From assembly GCA_018971565.1 (NCBI GenBank), contig JAGXAO010000002.1, positions 6,499 to 70,498 of the forward strand: a DNA stretch of 64,000 nt. The letters are read 5' to 3'. Position numbers and translations under genes: made by a program. The notes under the pieces were generated by a model. The model did not search any database and had not been told where the DNA came from. It saw nothing but the letters and a program-made list of their open reading frames with translations. Shown here one piece after another: positions 1 to 11,843 of this stretch. Position 1 is the stretch's first letter. Each line of letters begins with the position of its first letter. Origin of the DNA: Rhodospirillales bacterium (GTDB lineage Bacteria > Pseudomonadota > Alphaproteobacteria > Acetobacterales > Acetobacteraceae).

Positions 1-561
1 GCTGGGCATGAATTGCGGCTGGCCCATTGCACCCGCATAGGAGCCAAGCAGATTGGCGACAGGTGCATCGCCGCGTGCCACAATGGTCATCGCCTTAATC
101 ACCTCGTTGCCGAAGTAATGGCTCTGCCGGTCCCAGGCGAGGGTGGTGAGCGCGTCAATCACGTTAAAGTTGCCCTGGTTGGCGCCGAAATTCGTCTCCA
201 GCCCCCAGATGCCGAGCATGACATCCGCTGAGACGCCGTAGCGGCTGGTGATGGCGGCGAGCAGGTTTTGTGTTTGCTGGTATTTACCCTGGCCATTGGC
301 AATGCGCGTTTGGCTGAGCACCCGGCTGGAGTATTGGGCCCAGGTTAGGGTGAATTCCGGCTGGTGATGGTCCAGCTTCAATACGTCCTGGTTGGGTACA
401 AGGCCCGAAGTGCTGGCCTGGATGATCGATTCCGGAATGCCCGCGGCCCGCGCCCGCGCCTGCAACCTTGCCAGAAAGGACGCAAAATCCTGCGCCGCCC
501 AGCTTGCCTTCGGTAAAGCCAGGGCGCCGCCCAGGCCTGCTAACATGATGCGTCTTAACAT
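1..561 (-). CDS. lytic murein transglycosylase (MltB/Slt35-like), N-terminal part; C-terminus lies beyond the window start
   Basis: Not in the ORF track because there is no in-window stop. My own minus-strand translation from ATG 561 stays open in frame to position 1: MLRRIMLAGLGGALALPKASWAAQDFASFLARLQ...VMLGIWGLETNFGANQGNFNVIDALTTLAWD...GAMGQPQFMPS. It has a signal peptide and the GIWG-E-T-FG catalytic block of this family. Confidence 0.8.
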   Translation of the reverse strand, partial: MLRRIMLAGLGGALALPKASWAAQDFASFLARLQARARAAGIPESIIQASTSGLVPNQDVLKLDHHQPEFTLTWAQYSSRVLSQTRIANGQGKYQQTQNLLAAITSRYGVSADVMLGIWGLETNFGANQGNFNVIDALTTLAWDRQSHYFGNEVIKAMTIVARGDAPVANLLGSYAGAMGQPQFMPS

Positions 562-610
562 GCGGGCAGTGTGACACGCCAAAGCCTGCCATCGCAATCC
601 GGCAAGCGCC

Positions 611-1099
611 ATGGCGCGGCGAATAAAGCTCGGCTATGTTGCGAGCATGGGATTCTGGCGCACAAAAACATTGGCGCAGATGAGCCGTGCGGAGTGGGAA
701 TCGCTCTGCGACGGGTGTGGACGCTGCTGCTTGCACAAACTGCGGGACGACGATACCGGCGAGATCGAATTCACCAATGTTGCTTGCAGGTTGCTGGATA
801 TCTCGACCGCGCGCTGCCAGAATTACGCAAACCGCAAAAGCCTTGTGCCGGATTGCGTAAAATTAACGCCCAAGCGGCTGGAAAAAATTGATTGGCTGCC
901 GCCAAGCTGCGCCTACAGGCTGGTGCATGAGGGCAAGGAGCTGCCGCCCTGGCACCCGCTGCGCAGTGGCAACACAGAGAGCGTGGCGCAGGCTGGAGCC
1001 TCGGTGGCGGGGCGCTGCATAGATGAGCGCCATGCGGGCCCGCTGGAGCACCATGTTACAGATTGGCCCGGCAAAATGCCCGGGCGGCGGCAGCGATGA
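611..1099 (+). CDS. ycgN: UPF0260 family cysteine-cluster protein YcgN
   Basis: Tracks E. coli YcgN along its length as recalled: [30 protein letters not shown]...[10 protein letters not shown]...CAYRL. The start could instead be the internal MGFW. Confidence 0.85.
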   Translation: MARRIKLGYVASMGFWRTKTLAQMSRAEWESLCDGCGRCCLHKLRDDDTGEIEFTNVACRLLDISTARCQNYANRKSLVPDCVKLTPKRLEKIDWLPPSCAYRLVHEGKELPPWHPLRSGNTESVAQAGASVAGRCIDERHAGPLEHHVTDWPGKMPGRRQR

Positions 1100-1800
1100 C
1101 CGCAGAGCTGCTGACCTCCGAAATGGTACCGGTGAAGGGCGCACTTATTACCGTCGCTTTCAGGCGTTCGGCGCGGGCACGGCGCGTTTCTCTGCGGGTG
1201 GACCCCGCCCAGGGGGTGGTGATTACCTTGCCCATTCGCGCCTCCCGCCGGGCGGGGTTGGCGCTTTTACGGGCGCATGAGGAATGGGTGAGCGAGCGGC
1301 TGGAGGCCCTGCCCCAGGCTTTGGTGCTGAAACCCGGTGCAATTGTGCCGGTGCATGGGTTGCCGCATGAGATTGTGCATGTTCCCACCGGGCGCGGCGG
1401 CGCCTGGGTGGAGGATGGAAAAATTTTTGTAACCGGCGAGCCTGAATTTCTTGCGCGCCGTGTGGCCGATTGCCTGAAACGCCTCGCCCGCCAGCGCCTG
1501 GCCGCCATGGCCGCGCTTACCGCCCAGCGTGCGGCGCTGCGGCCCAAAACGGTGCGGATAAAGGATACGCGATCTCGCTGGGGCAGCTGTGCGCCAGATG
1601 GGACATTGGCCTTCTGCTGGCGGCTGATCTGTGCGCCTGCTTTTGTGCAGGACTATGTGGTTGCGCATGAGGTGGCGCACCTTAAGCACATGAACCACGG
1701 CAAGCTGTTCTGGCAGCTTACCGATGAGCTGACACCGCACAGGCCAGCGGCCACCGCATGGCTGGCCAGCGACGGTGTAAGCCTGTTGCGTATCGGATGA
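1096..1800 (+). CDS. YgjP/DUF45-type metal-dependent hydrolase (M48-like HExxH)
   Basis: [14 protein letters not shown]-terminal block and [12 protein letters not shown] zinc motif. I chose ATG 1096 because it overlaps the ycgN stop as ATGA. The track ORF begins at TTG 1063. Confidence 0.8.
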   Translation: MTAELLTSEMVPVKGALITVAFRRSARARRVSLRVDPAQGVVITLPIRASRRAGLALLRAHEEWVSERLEALPQALVLKPGAIVPVHGLPHEIVHVPTGRGGAWVEDGKIFVTGEPEFLARRVADCLKRLARQRLAAMAALTAQRAALRPKTVRIKDTRSRWGSCAPDGTLAFCWRLICAPAFVQDYVVAHEVAHLKHMNHGKLFWQLTDELTPHRPAATAWLASDGVSLLRIG

Positions 1801-1854
1801 ATCAGGCCAAGAATATCATGGAGATAGCCGGCCAACCTAAGTGAGAATTACGCC

Positions 1855-2865
1855 ATGAAAGCCGTTGCCTTTACCCATTCCCGCCCCGTTACCGCAATTG
1901 ATGCGCTTGAGGATATTGAGCTTCCCGTGCCTGTGCCCCGGCACCACGACCTGCTGGTTGAAATTAAGGCGGTTTCGGTTAATCCGGTGGACACGAAAAT
2001 TCGACAGGCCGCCGAACCGTTGGGTGAGCCGCGCGTGCTGGGCTTTGATGCCGCGGGAATTGTGCGGGCCATTGGCCCTGAGGTGCAGAATTTCTCGGTG
2101 GGGGATGAAGTGTTCTATGCGGGCGTACCGGACCGGCCGGGCACCAATGCTGAATTTCATCTGGTTGATGACCGGATTGCAGGACATAAGCCAAAATCGC
2201 TGAGCTTTGCCGAAGCCGCGGCGCTGCCGTTAACGGCGCTCACCGCCTGGGAAATGCTGTTTGAACGTTTCCGCATACCACGCGACCAGCCCCATGGCGG
2301 CACGCTGCTTATCGTGGGAGGGGCCGGTGGAGTGGGTTCAATGGCCATCCAGCTCGCGGCGCAACTAACCGACATGACCGTGATCGCCACCGCGTCCCGC
2401 CCGGAGACAGCGGAATGGTGCCGCTCGCTCGGCGCGCATCATGTGGTCAATCATCAACACGATCTTGGCGCTCAGATTCTGCAAGCGGGGCTTACACCAC
2501 CCGGCTATATTTTCTGCGTTGCGCATGTGAAGCAGCATTTTCGCAAGCTTGTGGAATTGTTGGCGCCGGAAGGGGCAATTGGCATCATCGAATCCAACGC
2601 CGGGGAACTGAATGTATCGCCGCTGATTCGTAAAAGTGCCACGCTGCACACCGAATATGTGTTCACACGCGGCGTTCTGCACACACAGAGCATGGGCGTG
2701 CAGCACCGCACGTTGGAGGCGATTGCCCATATGATTGATAACGGCACGCTGAAAACCACGATGACGGAGAATCTTGGGCCTATCAATGCGCCTAATCTTA
2801 TTCGTGCCCATGCGGCGATGGAGGCTGGCAGCACCATGGGCAAGCTTGTGCTGGAAGGGTTTTAA
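1855..2865 (+). CDS. zinc-binding alcohol dehydrogenase family protein (MDR quinone oxidoreductase-like)
   Basis: 336 aa with MDR layout and a Rossmann GGAGGVGS nucleotide-binding motif. KAVSVNPVDTK is typical of zeta-crystallin-like MDRs. Confidence 0.8.
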   Translation: MKAVAFTHSRPVTAIDALEDIELPVPVPRHHDLLVEIKAVSVNPVDTKIRQAAEPLGEPRVLGFDAAGIVRAIGPEVQNFSVGDEVFYAGVPDRPGTNAEFHLVDDRIAGHKPKSLSFAEAAALPLTALTAWEMLFERFRIPRDQPHGGTLLIVGGAGGVGSMAIQLAAQLTDMTVIATASRPETAEWCRSLGAHHVVNHQHDLGAQILQAGLTPPGYIFCVAHVKQHFRKLVELLAPEGAIGIIESNAGELNVSPLIRKSATLHTEYVFTRGVLHTQSMGVQHRTLEAIAHMIDNGTLKTTMTENLGPINAPNLIRAHAAMEAGSTMGKLVLEGF

Positions 2866-3770
2866 GCGCCCAGCCCGGGTGGCGGGTTTTGGCTTAACAA
2901 AGCCGCAAGCTCTCTGAACCGCGCCTCGCGCGGGTCTGAGGCACGCCATTTTAAAGTAAGCCAGCGCCCGGCTTCATCTTCCAGGGGGCGGGTTGCAATC
3001 CTCGCCCGTAAATCCGGCCGGGCGGCCAGCGCCAATGCCGGAAGCAGGGAAATTCCCTCGCCCGCCGCCACCATATGCCAGAGCGTTTCCAGGCTGGTTG
3101 AATGGCGCATCGCCCCTGGTTCGGCATCACAAAGTGCCAATGCCTGGTCACGCAGGCAATGGCCTTCCTCAAGCAGCAATAATTCGCCCGGCGGCAAATG
3201 TTGCAGGCTAACACATGTGGAGTTTGCAAGACTGTGCCGTGGAGGCACGGCCAGCACAAACGACTCGAAGAACAAAGGCTGCGCGCTGAGGCCGGGCTCC
3301 CCCGGTTCAGCGGTGATAATGAGATCGAGCACACCGCGGCGCAGTTTTTCTGTAAGTGCCACGGTGCGACCCTCGCTTAAATGCGGCTCAAGCCTGGGCA
3401 TTTTTGCCTTTAACAAGCTCAGCAGAAACGGCAGATAATAGGGGCCGAGCGTTTCAATGGCGCCGATTTGCAATGCGCCAGTCAGCGCGTTGCTTTGCGC
3501 GCTTAATGCGAAGAGATCACGCGCGGCGCTCAGCACCTTGCCAATCTGGGCGACGATCTTTTCTCCACCCGGTGTTACGGCCACCTGGCGCCGCCCGCGC
3601 TCAAAAATCGTCACGCCAAGCCGGGCTTCAAATTTTTGAATCTGCTCTGAAAGGGCTGGCTGGCTGACATTGCAACGCGCCGCCGCCTTGCTAAAATGCT
3701 TGAGTTCCGCAACCGCCTCGACATATTCAAGGTCTCGCAAGGATGTTCCGGCCAGAGGTGTTTGAGCCAT
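2862..3770 (-). CDS. oxyR: LysR-family hydrogen peroxide sensor/regulator OxyR
   Basis: N-terminal LysR HTH. The redox block EEGHCLRDQALALC conserves both OxyR cysteines (E. coli C199/C208 context). Divergent from katG. Confidence 0.85.
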   Translation of the reverse strand: MAQTPLAGTSLRDLEYVEAVAELKHFSKAAARCNVSQPALSEQIQKFEARLGVTIFERGRRQVAVTPGGEKIVAQIGKVLSAARDLFALSAQSNALTGALQIGAIETLGPYYLPFLLSLLKAKMPRLEPHLSEGRTVALTEKLRRGVLDLIITAEPGEPGLSAQPLFFESFVLAVPPRHSLANSTCVSLQHLPPGELLLLEEGHCLRDQALALCDAEPGAMRHSTSLETLWHMVAAGEGISLLPALALAARPDLRARIATRPLEDEAGRWLTLKWRASDPREARFRELAALLSQNPPPGLGA

Positions 3771-4000
3771 AAGACTATTTAATAGGTTTTGCCGCTCGAA
3801 ACCATAACTAAAATCGACTATACCTATTTAACCTCCTGAGCCACACTATGCGTATAAAATGTGAGGAGCAGAGCCATGGCATATGAAAATGCGAGATCTC
3901 CGGGCAGTTTGTAAGAAAATTCAAGATCATTCGCATCCCTGCCAGCCACGGACGAATTAAGGATTAGGCGGCTGACGCAATGGCCGGGATTCACCTTTGA

Positions 4001-6199
<2,199 letters not shown>

Positions 6200-6417
6200 C
6201 CGGGAGATTATCGCTGGAACCCGGACAGCGACTGGCTGTATTGCCACCATACAACCCTGGCGAGCAAACGGAATGCCGAGTAACCGAGACCGATGGCGGT
6301 ACCAGCCTGGGACAGCCATCGGATTACGTAATCACTAACAAATAATTAATTTGTCCTGGCTGGCGTTACCTTCAGTTTGTATACATCTTCCAGTTGAGCG
6401 TGATTCGGTAAATTAGC

Positions 6418-7449
6418 ATGGATATGTCTTTTGATGGCGTTTTTGGGCTGGGAGAGGTTCAGCGTCTTAAGGACCTGCGCGAACTCGACCTGCTTTATAC
6501 GCCCGCCGAGGAACGATTTGATCGTATAACCAGGCTTGCGGCCAGAGTTTTGCAGTCTCCCATGGCGATGATTACCCTTGTTACTGAAGAAGCTGAATGG
6601 ATTAAATCCAGCTTCGGATGGGCTGAGAGTTCGGTGCCACGGCAGCATTCTTTCTGCAACCAGGCAATAAGGGAGCATCATGCGCTGGTTGTGGCGGACG
6701 CAACCGAAGATGAACGTTTTGCGACTAATCCACTGGTGACAGGCCGGCTCGGCATTCGTTTTTATGCGGGCCAGCTGTTGCACGCCGGGGCGGGCTCTGA
6801 GGTGGGTGCGCTGTGCGTGATGGATACGCTGCCACGGCAACTTGGCCATGGTGAGCTGGAAACATTACAGGATCTGGCGGTGATTGTGGAGCGTGAGCTG
6901 AGCCGCCGGAACCAAAGCTCCTTCCAGAACACGTTAATCCGTAATCATGATACGCAGGCGCGGCGCGGTTCAATTGATGAATTGACCCGCACCTGGAACC
7001 GTTCCGCGGTAATGGAGCTGGCACATCTTGAATGCGCTGCCGCCAGCATGGGCACACCGCTCAGCCTGTTGCTGATCGATATCGATAATCTTGGCATGGT
7101 GAACGAGAATTTTGGCGCGTTAATGGGCGACGTAGTGCTGCATGAGGTGTCGTCGTGGATCCGGCGTAACGTTCGCGAAAGCGACACTTGCGGCCGCTAT
7201 GGCAATGGCACGTTCCTGGTAATGGTGCGCGCGGGCATTTTAGATGCGAGGCTGATTGCCGAACGGGTGCGCGATTCGGTGGAACGGCAGGCGGTTCCGG
7301 GAATGCCGATGCAAGTGACGGTGAGTATTGGCGTTGCCTGTGCGAGAACACGGTTTCCCTCGCCGGTTGCACTTATTGCCGCCGCTGACAAATCTATGCG
7401 CCAGGCCAAGGAGGCTGGGGGCAATAATGTTGAAACCGTGCTGCTGTAA
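6418..7449 (+). CDS. GAF domain protein with degenerate GGDEF domain (A-site GNGTF, I-site RESD)
   Basis: N-terminal GAF-like region (aa ~20-160). The C-terminal GGDEF fold has DIDNLGMVNE and RESDTCGRYGNGTF where PleD-type enzymes have RxxDxxxRYGGEEF. Confidence 0.8.
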   Translation: MDMSFDGVFGLGEVQRLKDLRELDLLYTPAEERFDRITRLAARVLQSPMAMITLVTEEAEWIKSSFGWAESSVPRQHSFCNQAIREHHALVVADATEDERFATNPLVTGRLGIRFYAGQLLHAGAGSEVGALCVMDTLPRQLGHGELETLQDLAVIVERELSRRNQSSFQNTLIRNHDTQARRGSIDELTRTWNRSAVMELAHLECAAASMGTPLSLLLIDIDNLGMVNENFGALMGDVVLHEVSSWIRRNVRESDTCGRYGNGTFLVMVRAGILDARLIAERVRDSVERQAVPGMPMQVTVSIGVACARTRFPSPVALIAAADKSMRQAKEAGGNNVETVLL

Positions 7450-7459
7450 GCCCCCGGCT

Positions 7460-7990
7460 TCAGAGGGTTTTTTTCAGCCTGTCCCTGAAATTTTTGCGTA
7501 GTTTGCTTATTTTGGGCACGATGACGGCCTGGCAATAGCCTGACCATGGGTTGCGCACGAAGTAATCCTCGTGTTCAGCCTCCGCTGGCCAGAAGACCCT
7601 GAGCGGCGCGATCTCGGTAACGATTTTGCCCCAGACCGGCGTGAATTCCGCGATGGCCTCTTCCGCCGCCGCTTTTTGTTCCGGTGTTTCATAGAAAATC
7701 GCGGAGCGGTATTGCGTGCCGATGTCGTTGCCCTGGCGGTTCAATGTTGTCGGGTCGTGGATGGTGAAGAACACCCGCAGCAAATCCTCATAGGAAATCA
7801 CCGCGGGGTCGTAATCCACCTTCACCACCTCGGTATGGCCGGTGGTGCCCGTGCACACCTGCTTGTAGGTCGGGTGTTCCACATACCCGCCAGCATAGCC
7901 GGACTGTACGCGCGCAACACCCTCCAGCTCATCATAAGCTGCTTCCAGGCACCAGAAGCAACCACCGGCAAGAATTGCAGACTCGGTCAT
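7460..7990 (-). CDS. msrA: peptide-methionine (S)-S-oxide reductase MsrA
   Basis: GGCFWC active-site motif at the N-terminus, with full-length MsrA similarity. Confidence 0.95.
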   Translation of the reverse strand: MTESAILAGGCFWCLEAAYDELEGVARVQSGYAGGYVEHPTYKQVCTGTTGHTEVVKVDYDPAVISYEDLLRVFFTIHDPTTLNRQGNDIGTQYRSAIFYETPEQKAAAEEAIAEFTPVWGKIVTEIAPLRVFWPAEAEHEDYFVRNPWSGYCQAVIVPKISKLRKNFRDRLKKTL

Positions 7991-8397
7991 TTCACCCCTC
8001 CCATTTCACAGATCATCGCCCAATGCTCAGGGCTTACCGGGCCCACCGAAAGGCGGGAATATTTAAGCAAGGCAAGTTCCGTGAATCTTGGGTCGGCTTT
8101 AATCGCGGCAAGGGTGATTGGAGATTTCACCGGCCTCAACGCCTTCATGTCCACGCAAACCCAGTCCCCGGCCTCGGCCGTCGGGTCTGAGTAGGCCTCC
8201 CGCACCACCTCCACAATGCCAACAATCTCCTTGCCAACATTGGAGTGGTAGAAGAAAGCGCGGTCGCCTTTCCGCATTTCCTTTAGATGCCGCTTGGCGA
8301 GATGGTTACGCACGCCGGTCCATGGTTCAATGCCGTTCTTTACCTGGTTATCCCAGGAAAACGCGTCGGGTTCGGACTTAACCAGCCAATACTTCAT
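7987..8397 (-). CDS. EVE (PUA-like) domain protein
   Basis: MKYWLVKSEPDAFSWD... is the typical EVE-domain N-terminus. Start set at ATG 8397. The stop overlaps the msrA start as ATGA. Confidence 0.85.
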   Translation of the reverse strand: MKYWLVKSEPDAFSWDNQVKNGIEPWTGVRNHLAKRHLKEMRKGDRAFFYHSNVGKEIVGIVEVVREAYSDPTAEAGDWVCVDMKALRPVKSPITLAAIKADPRFTELALLKYSRLSVGPVSPEHWAMICEMGGVK

Positions 8398-8463
8398 GGG
8401 GAATAGTGTAACCAATTTTCACAACGCTTCAAATTTGGCGGCCAGTGGCATAAGAACCTGCGC

Positions 8464-9240
8464 ATGACGCAAAGCGCCTTGTCCCGAACCAACCCCGCAA
8501 GCCATGGCGGTTGGTTTCACTATCTTGCCAATCCCGGGCGGTTTCAACGTGTTGCGCGCCCTGCTTTGCCGTGGCTCGTGGTGCTTTCGTTAATATTCAC
8601 CGTCACCGGCATTATATGGGGCTATTGGTTCGCCCCGGCGGACTGGCAGCAGGGCGATGCCGCGCGCATCATGTATGTGCATGTACCGGCCGCCTGGGTG
8701 GCGATGGCGGGTTATGCGGCGCTGGCGTTTTGCTCCCTGCTCTCGCTGGTCTGGCGGCATCCGCTGGCGGATATCGCGGCGGAGGAAATTGGCCCGGTGG
8801 GGGCGGGCTTTACCGCCGTGTGTCTGGTCTCCGGCTCGCTCTGGGGCAAGCCGATGTGGGGCGCCTATTGGGTATGGGATGCACGGCTGACCTCCGTGCT
8901 GATTCTGTTCTTTCTCTATCTGGGCCATATCGCGCTTATTCGCGCGTTCGATAATAAGGCCCATGCGTATCGCGCCGCCGCCATTCTGGCGCTGGCAGGG
9001 GCGGTGAATTTGCCGATTATCGTGTTTTCCGTGCAGTGGTGGAACACGCTGCACCAGGGCAACACCATCTCGCTCACCGGGCCTTCAAAAATTTATATCA
9101 CCATGCTCTATCCGCTGCTTATCGCATCGGTGGGGTTCTATCTGACTTTTGTCACGTTGGTGGTGGCGAGGATGTGCGCGGCGATTTCAGAACGCAAAAC
9201 CATATCTCTGCTGCGCGCCATGGCGGAGCACGGCCAATAA
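8464..9240 (+). CDS. ccmC: heme exporter/cytochrome c maturation protein CcmC
   Basis: Multi-TM protein with the WGxxWxWD tryptophan-rich motif (WGKPMWGAYWVWDARL). First gene of the ccm cluster. Confidence 0.95.
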   Translation: MTQSALSRTNPASHGGWFHYLANPGRFQRVARPALPWLVVLSLIFTVTGIIWGYWFAPADWQQGDAARIMYVHVPAAWVAMAGYAALAFCSLLSLVWRHPLADIAAEEIGPVGAGFTAVCLVSGSLWGKPMWGAYWVWDARLTSVLILFFLYLGHIALIRAFDNKAHAYRAAAILALAGAVNLPIIVFSVQWWNTLHQGNTISLTGPSKIYITMLYPLLIASVGFYLTFVTLVVARMCAAISERKTISLLRAMAEHGQ

Positions 9241-9380
9241 TGATACAGACCATAAACGTGTGGCCGTTCGTGAACGGCGCCTATGGCGCGACGGTTCTGT
9301 TTCTGCTGGGTGCAGCATGGTTAACCTTCATGCGCTACCGCCGTGCCAGGGCACGTTTGGCCCAGGCCGAGCAACTTTAA
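9240..9380 (+). CDS. ccmD: heme exporter protein CcmD
   Basis: 46-aa single-TM peptide MIQTINVWPFVNGAYGATVLFLLGAAWLTFMRYRRARARLAQAEQL, hidden inside track ORF 9036..9380. Its ATG overlaps the ccmC TAA as TAATG. Position between ccmC and ccmE is canonical. Confidence 0.75.
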   Translation: MIQTINVWPFVNGAYGATVLFLLGAAWLTFMRYRRARARLAQAEQL

Positions 9381-9381
9381 A

Positions 9382-9885
9382 ATGCGGACACCGAAGAAGA
9401 AGCGGCTTTATTTGGTGCTGGCTTGTCTTGTCTGCCTGGGTGGGGCGGTGGCCCTCTCTCTCGCGGCGTTTTCATCCTCCCTCACCTATTTTCTCTCACC
9501 ACGGCAGGTCGCGGCCCACGCGCCGCCGGCGGGGCAGAGCTTCCGGCTGGGCGGCATTGTGCAAATGGGAACTGTTTCCACCAGCGTTAGCAACGACACA
9601 CCCACAACACGCTTCGCGGTGACGGACGGACGTGCGGCGGTAAACGTGGTGTTCACCGGCCTGCTGCCGGATTTGTTCCGTGAGGGCCAGGGCATTGTGG
9701 CCATCGGCTCCATGGGGCCGGGTGGGGTGTTTACGGCCGATGAGGTGCTGGCCAAGCATGGGGCGGATTACATGCCCAAAGATGTGGAGCAGGAACTGAA
9801 GGCAAGCGGTAAATGGGACCCGCGCTTTGGCCCGCCGCCCGATGCCAGCGCCTGGAACGACATGAAGGTGAAAGACGGCACATGA
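9382..9885 (+). CDS. ccmE: cytochrome c maturation heme chaperone CcmE
   Basis: N-terminal TM anchor, OB-fold region and the heme-binding LAKHGADYMP block (H and Y retained). Start chosen at MRTPKKK, 1 nt after the ccmD stop. Confidence 0.93.
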   Translation: MRTPKKKRLYLVLACLVCLGGAVALSLAAFSSSLTYFLSPRQVAAHAPPAGQSFRLGGIVQMGTVSTSVSNDTPTTRFAVTDGRAAVNVVFTGLLPDLFREGQGIVAIGSMGPGGVFTADEVLAKHGADYMPKDVEQELKASGKWDPRFGPPPDASAWNDMKVKDGT

Positions 9886-11843
9886 TCCCTGAACTCGGGC
9901 ATTTCTGCCTTGCGATGGCCGTTGCCATTGCCTGCGCGCAAGGGGTTGTTGGCATTGCCGGGCCCACGCTGAAGGACCCTCGCGCCCTGGCGGCGGCCCC
10001 AGTGCTTACGCTGCTGCATTTTACCGCCATACTGCTGGCGTTCCTTGCACTGGTCTGGGCGGGTGTGGTTTCGGATTTCACGGTTGAGAACATCGCGGAT
10101 TTCTCCTCTTCCAGCACGCCCCTGCTCTACCGGATCACCGGTATCTGGGGAAACCATGACGGCTCGATCCTGCTCTGGTGCCTGATCCTCTCGCTTTGCG
10201 GGACCGCGGTGGCTTTGGGCGGGCGGCAGCTCCCCGCCAGTTTGCGCGCACGGGTGCTGGGCGTGCTGGGGTTGGTTTCCTGCGGGTTTCTGCTGTTTAC
10301 CCTCTCGGTTTCCAACCCTTTTACCCGCATCTGGCCGCCGCCGCTGGATGGCGCCGGCATGAACCCGATTTTGCAGGACCCCGGCCTCGCCTTCCATCCG
10401 CCGGTTCTCTACACCGGCTATGTCGGGTTTTCCGTCGCCTTCGCCTTCGCCATCGCGGCGTTAATCGAAGGTCGGATCGACGCCGCCTGGGGGCGCTGGG
10501 TGCGGCCCTGGGCGCTGCTCTCCTGGTGCTTCCTCACCGCCGGCATCACGCTGGGCAGTTGGTGGTCTTATTACACACTCGGCTGGGGCGGATACTGGTT
10601 CTGGGACCCGGTGGAGAACGCCGCCCTGCTGCCCTGGCTCACCGGCACTGCCCTGCTGCATTGCTCCATTGTGGTGGAAAAACGCGAAAGCCTGAAAGCC
10701 TGGACGGTGCTGCTGGCCATCGCCACCTTCTCGCTCTCGCTCTCCGGCACGTTCCTGGTGCGTTCAGGCATTTTAAACTCCGTGCACAGCTTCGCCGCGG
10801 CACCAGACCAGGGGCTGTTCATCCTGGTGCTGCTGGCTATCACCATCGGCGGCTCGCTGCTGCTGTTTGCACTCAGGGCGCCCGTGTTGGCGGGTTCTGG
10901 TATATACGCACCCATAAGCCGGGAAAGCGCACTGATATTAAACAATATTTTTCTATGCGCCATTGCTGCGGTGGTGTTTGCCGGAACACTTTACCCGCCT
11001 TTCGTGGACCTTTTGTTCGGAATTCAGCTTTCCGTCGGCGCGCCGTTTTTTAACCAGACGGTTCTGCCGCTGGCGGGGCCGATTATTCTGGCAATGGGGG
11101 TGGGGCCGATGCTGCGCTGGAAACGGGCGGATTTGCTGCCGGTGCTGCAACGGTTGTGGCTGGCCGGGGCGGTGGCCGTGCTGGTGTTTATCATCCTCAC
11201 CGCCACGAAGCACATCATCGCCGCACTGGGGCTGGCGGGCGGGGCCTGGGTGGTGTGCTCGGCGCTTACCGACCTTGCCGAGCGTACCCGCCTGTTCCGC
11301 GCGCCCTTGGGCACCGCGCTGGGGCGGTTTTTCGCATTGCCGCGCGCGGCGATCGGCGCCACGCTCGGGCATATCGGGTTCGGCGTTTCGGTTATCGGCA
11401 TCGCGGCGATGACGCTGGCGGTGCAGAAAGTGGTGGTGCTGAAACCTGGTCAGTCCACGATGCTGGGCGGCTATGCCTGGACGTTGCGGGACATTCACGA
11501 CGCGCCGGGCCCGGATTACACCCAGCGCGTGGCGGATGTGACGGTAAGCGATGACGGCAAAGCTTTTATGACGCTACACCCCAGCCGCCGGTTCTTTACC
11601 GCGCAGCACGTTATTACCAGCGACGCGGCCATCCGCACCAATGGCTTCCAGGATATTTACGTCGATTTTGCCGATGAGCAGGATGGTGGCGCGGAATTGC
11701 GGTTGAACCGCCACCCTGGCGCGCCGGAAATCTGGTTTGGCGGATTAATTATGGCGCTTGGTGGAGTGTTTTCGCTCTCAGACCGCCGGTTGCGCGTGGG
11801 CGCGCCTTTCCGCAAGCGCCTGCCGGGCGGGGCGGAGGCGTAA
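9882..11843 (+). CDS. ccmF: cytochrome c heme lyase subunit CcmF
   Basis: Large polytopic protein with the WWD motif WGGYWFWDPVEN. ATG 9882 overlaps the ccmE stop as ATGA. Confidence 0.95.
   Translation: MIPELGHFCLAMAVAIACAQGVVGIAGPTLKDPRALAAAPVLTLLHFTAILLAFLALVWAGVVSDFTVENIADFSSSSTPLLYRITGIWGNHDGSILLWCLILSLCGTAVALGGRQLPASLRARVLGVLGLVSCGFLLFTLSVSNPFTRIWPPPLDGAGMNPILQDPGLAFHPPVLYTGYVGFSVAFAFAIAALIEGRIDAAWGRWVRPWALLSWCFLTAGITLGSWWSYYTLGWGGYWFWDPVENAALLPWLTGTALLHCSIVVEKRESLKAWTVLLAIATFSLSLSGTFLVRSGILNSVHSFAAAPDQGLFILVLLAITIGGSLLLFALRAPVLAGSGIYAPISRESALILNNIFLCAIAAVVFAGTLYPPFVDLLFGIQLSVGAPFFNQTVLPLAGPIILAMGVGPMLRWKRADLLPVLQRLWLAGAVAVLVFIILTATKHIIAALGLAGGAWVVCSALTDLAERTRLFRAPLGTALGRFFALPRAAIGATLGHIGFGVSVIGIAAMTLAVQKVVVLKPGQSTMLGGYAWTLRDIHDAPGPDYTQRVADVTVSDDGKAFMTLHPSRRFFTAQHVITSDAAIRTNGFQDIYVDFADEQDGGAELRLNRHPGAPEIWFGGLIMALGGVFSLSDRRLRVGAPFRKRLPGGAEA

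Noticed and set aside
13-231. 72-aa plus-strand ORF at the left edge, and 284..736 on the minus strand
   Set aside because: Both overlap the much better supported partial lytic transglycosylase frame (minus strand, 1-561), which has a signal peptide and catalytic motif.
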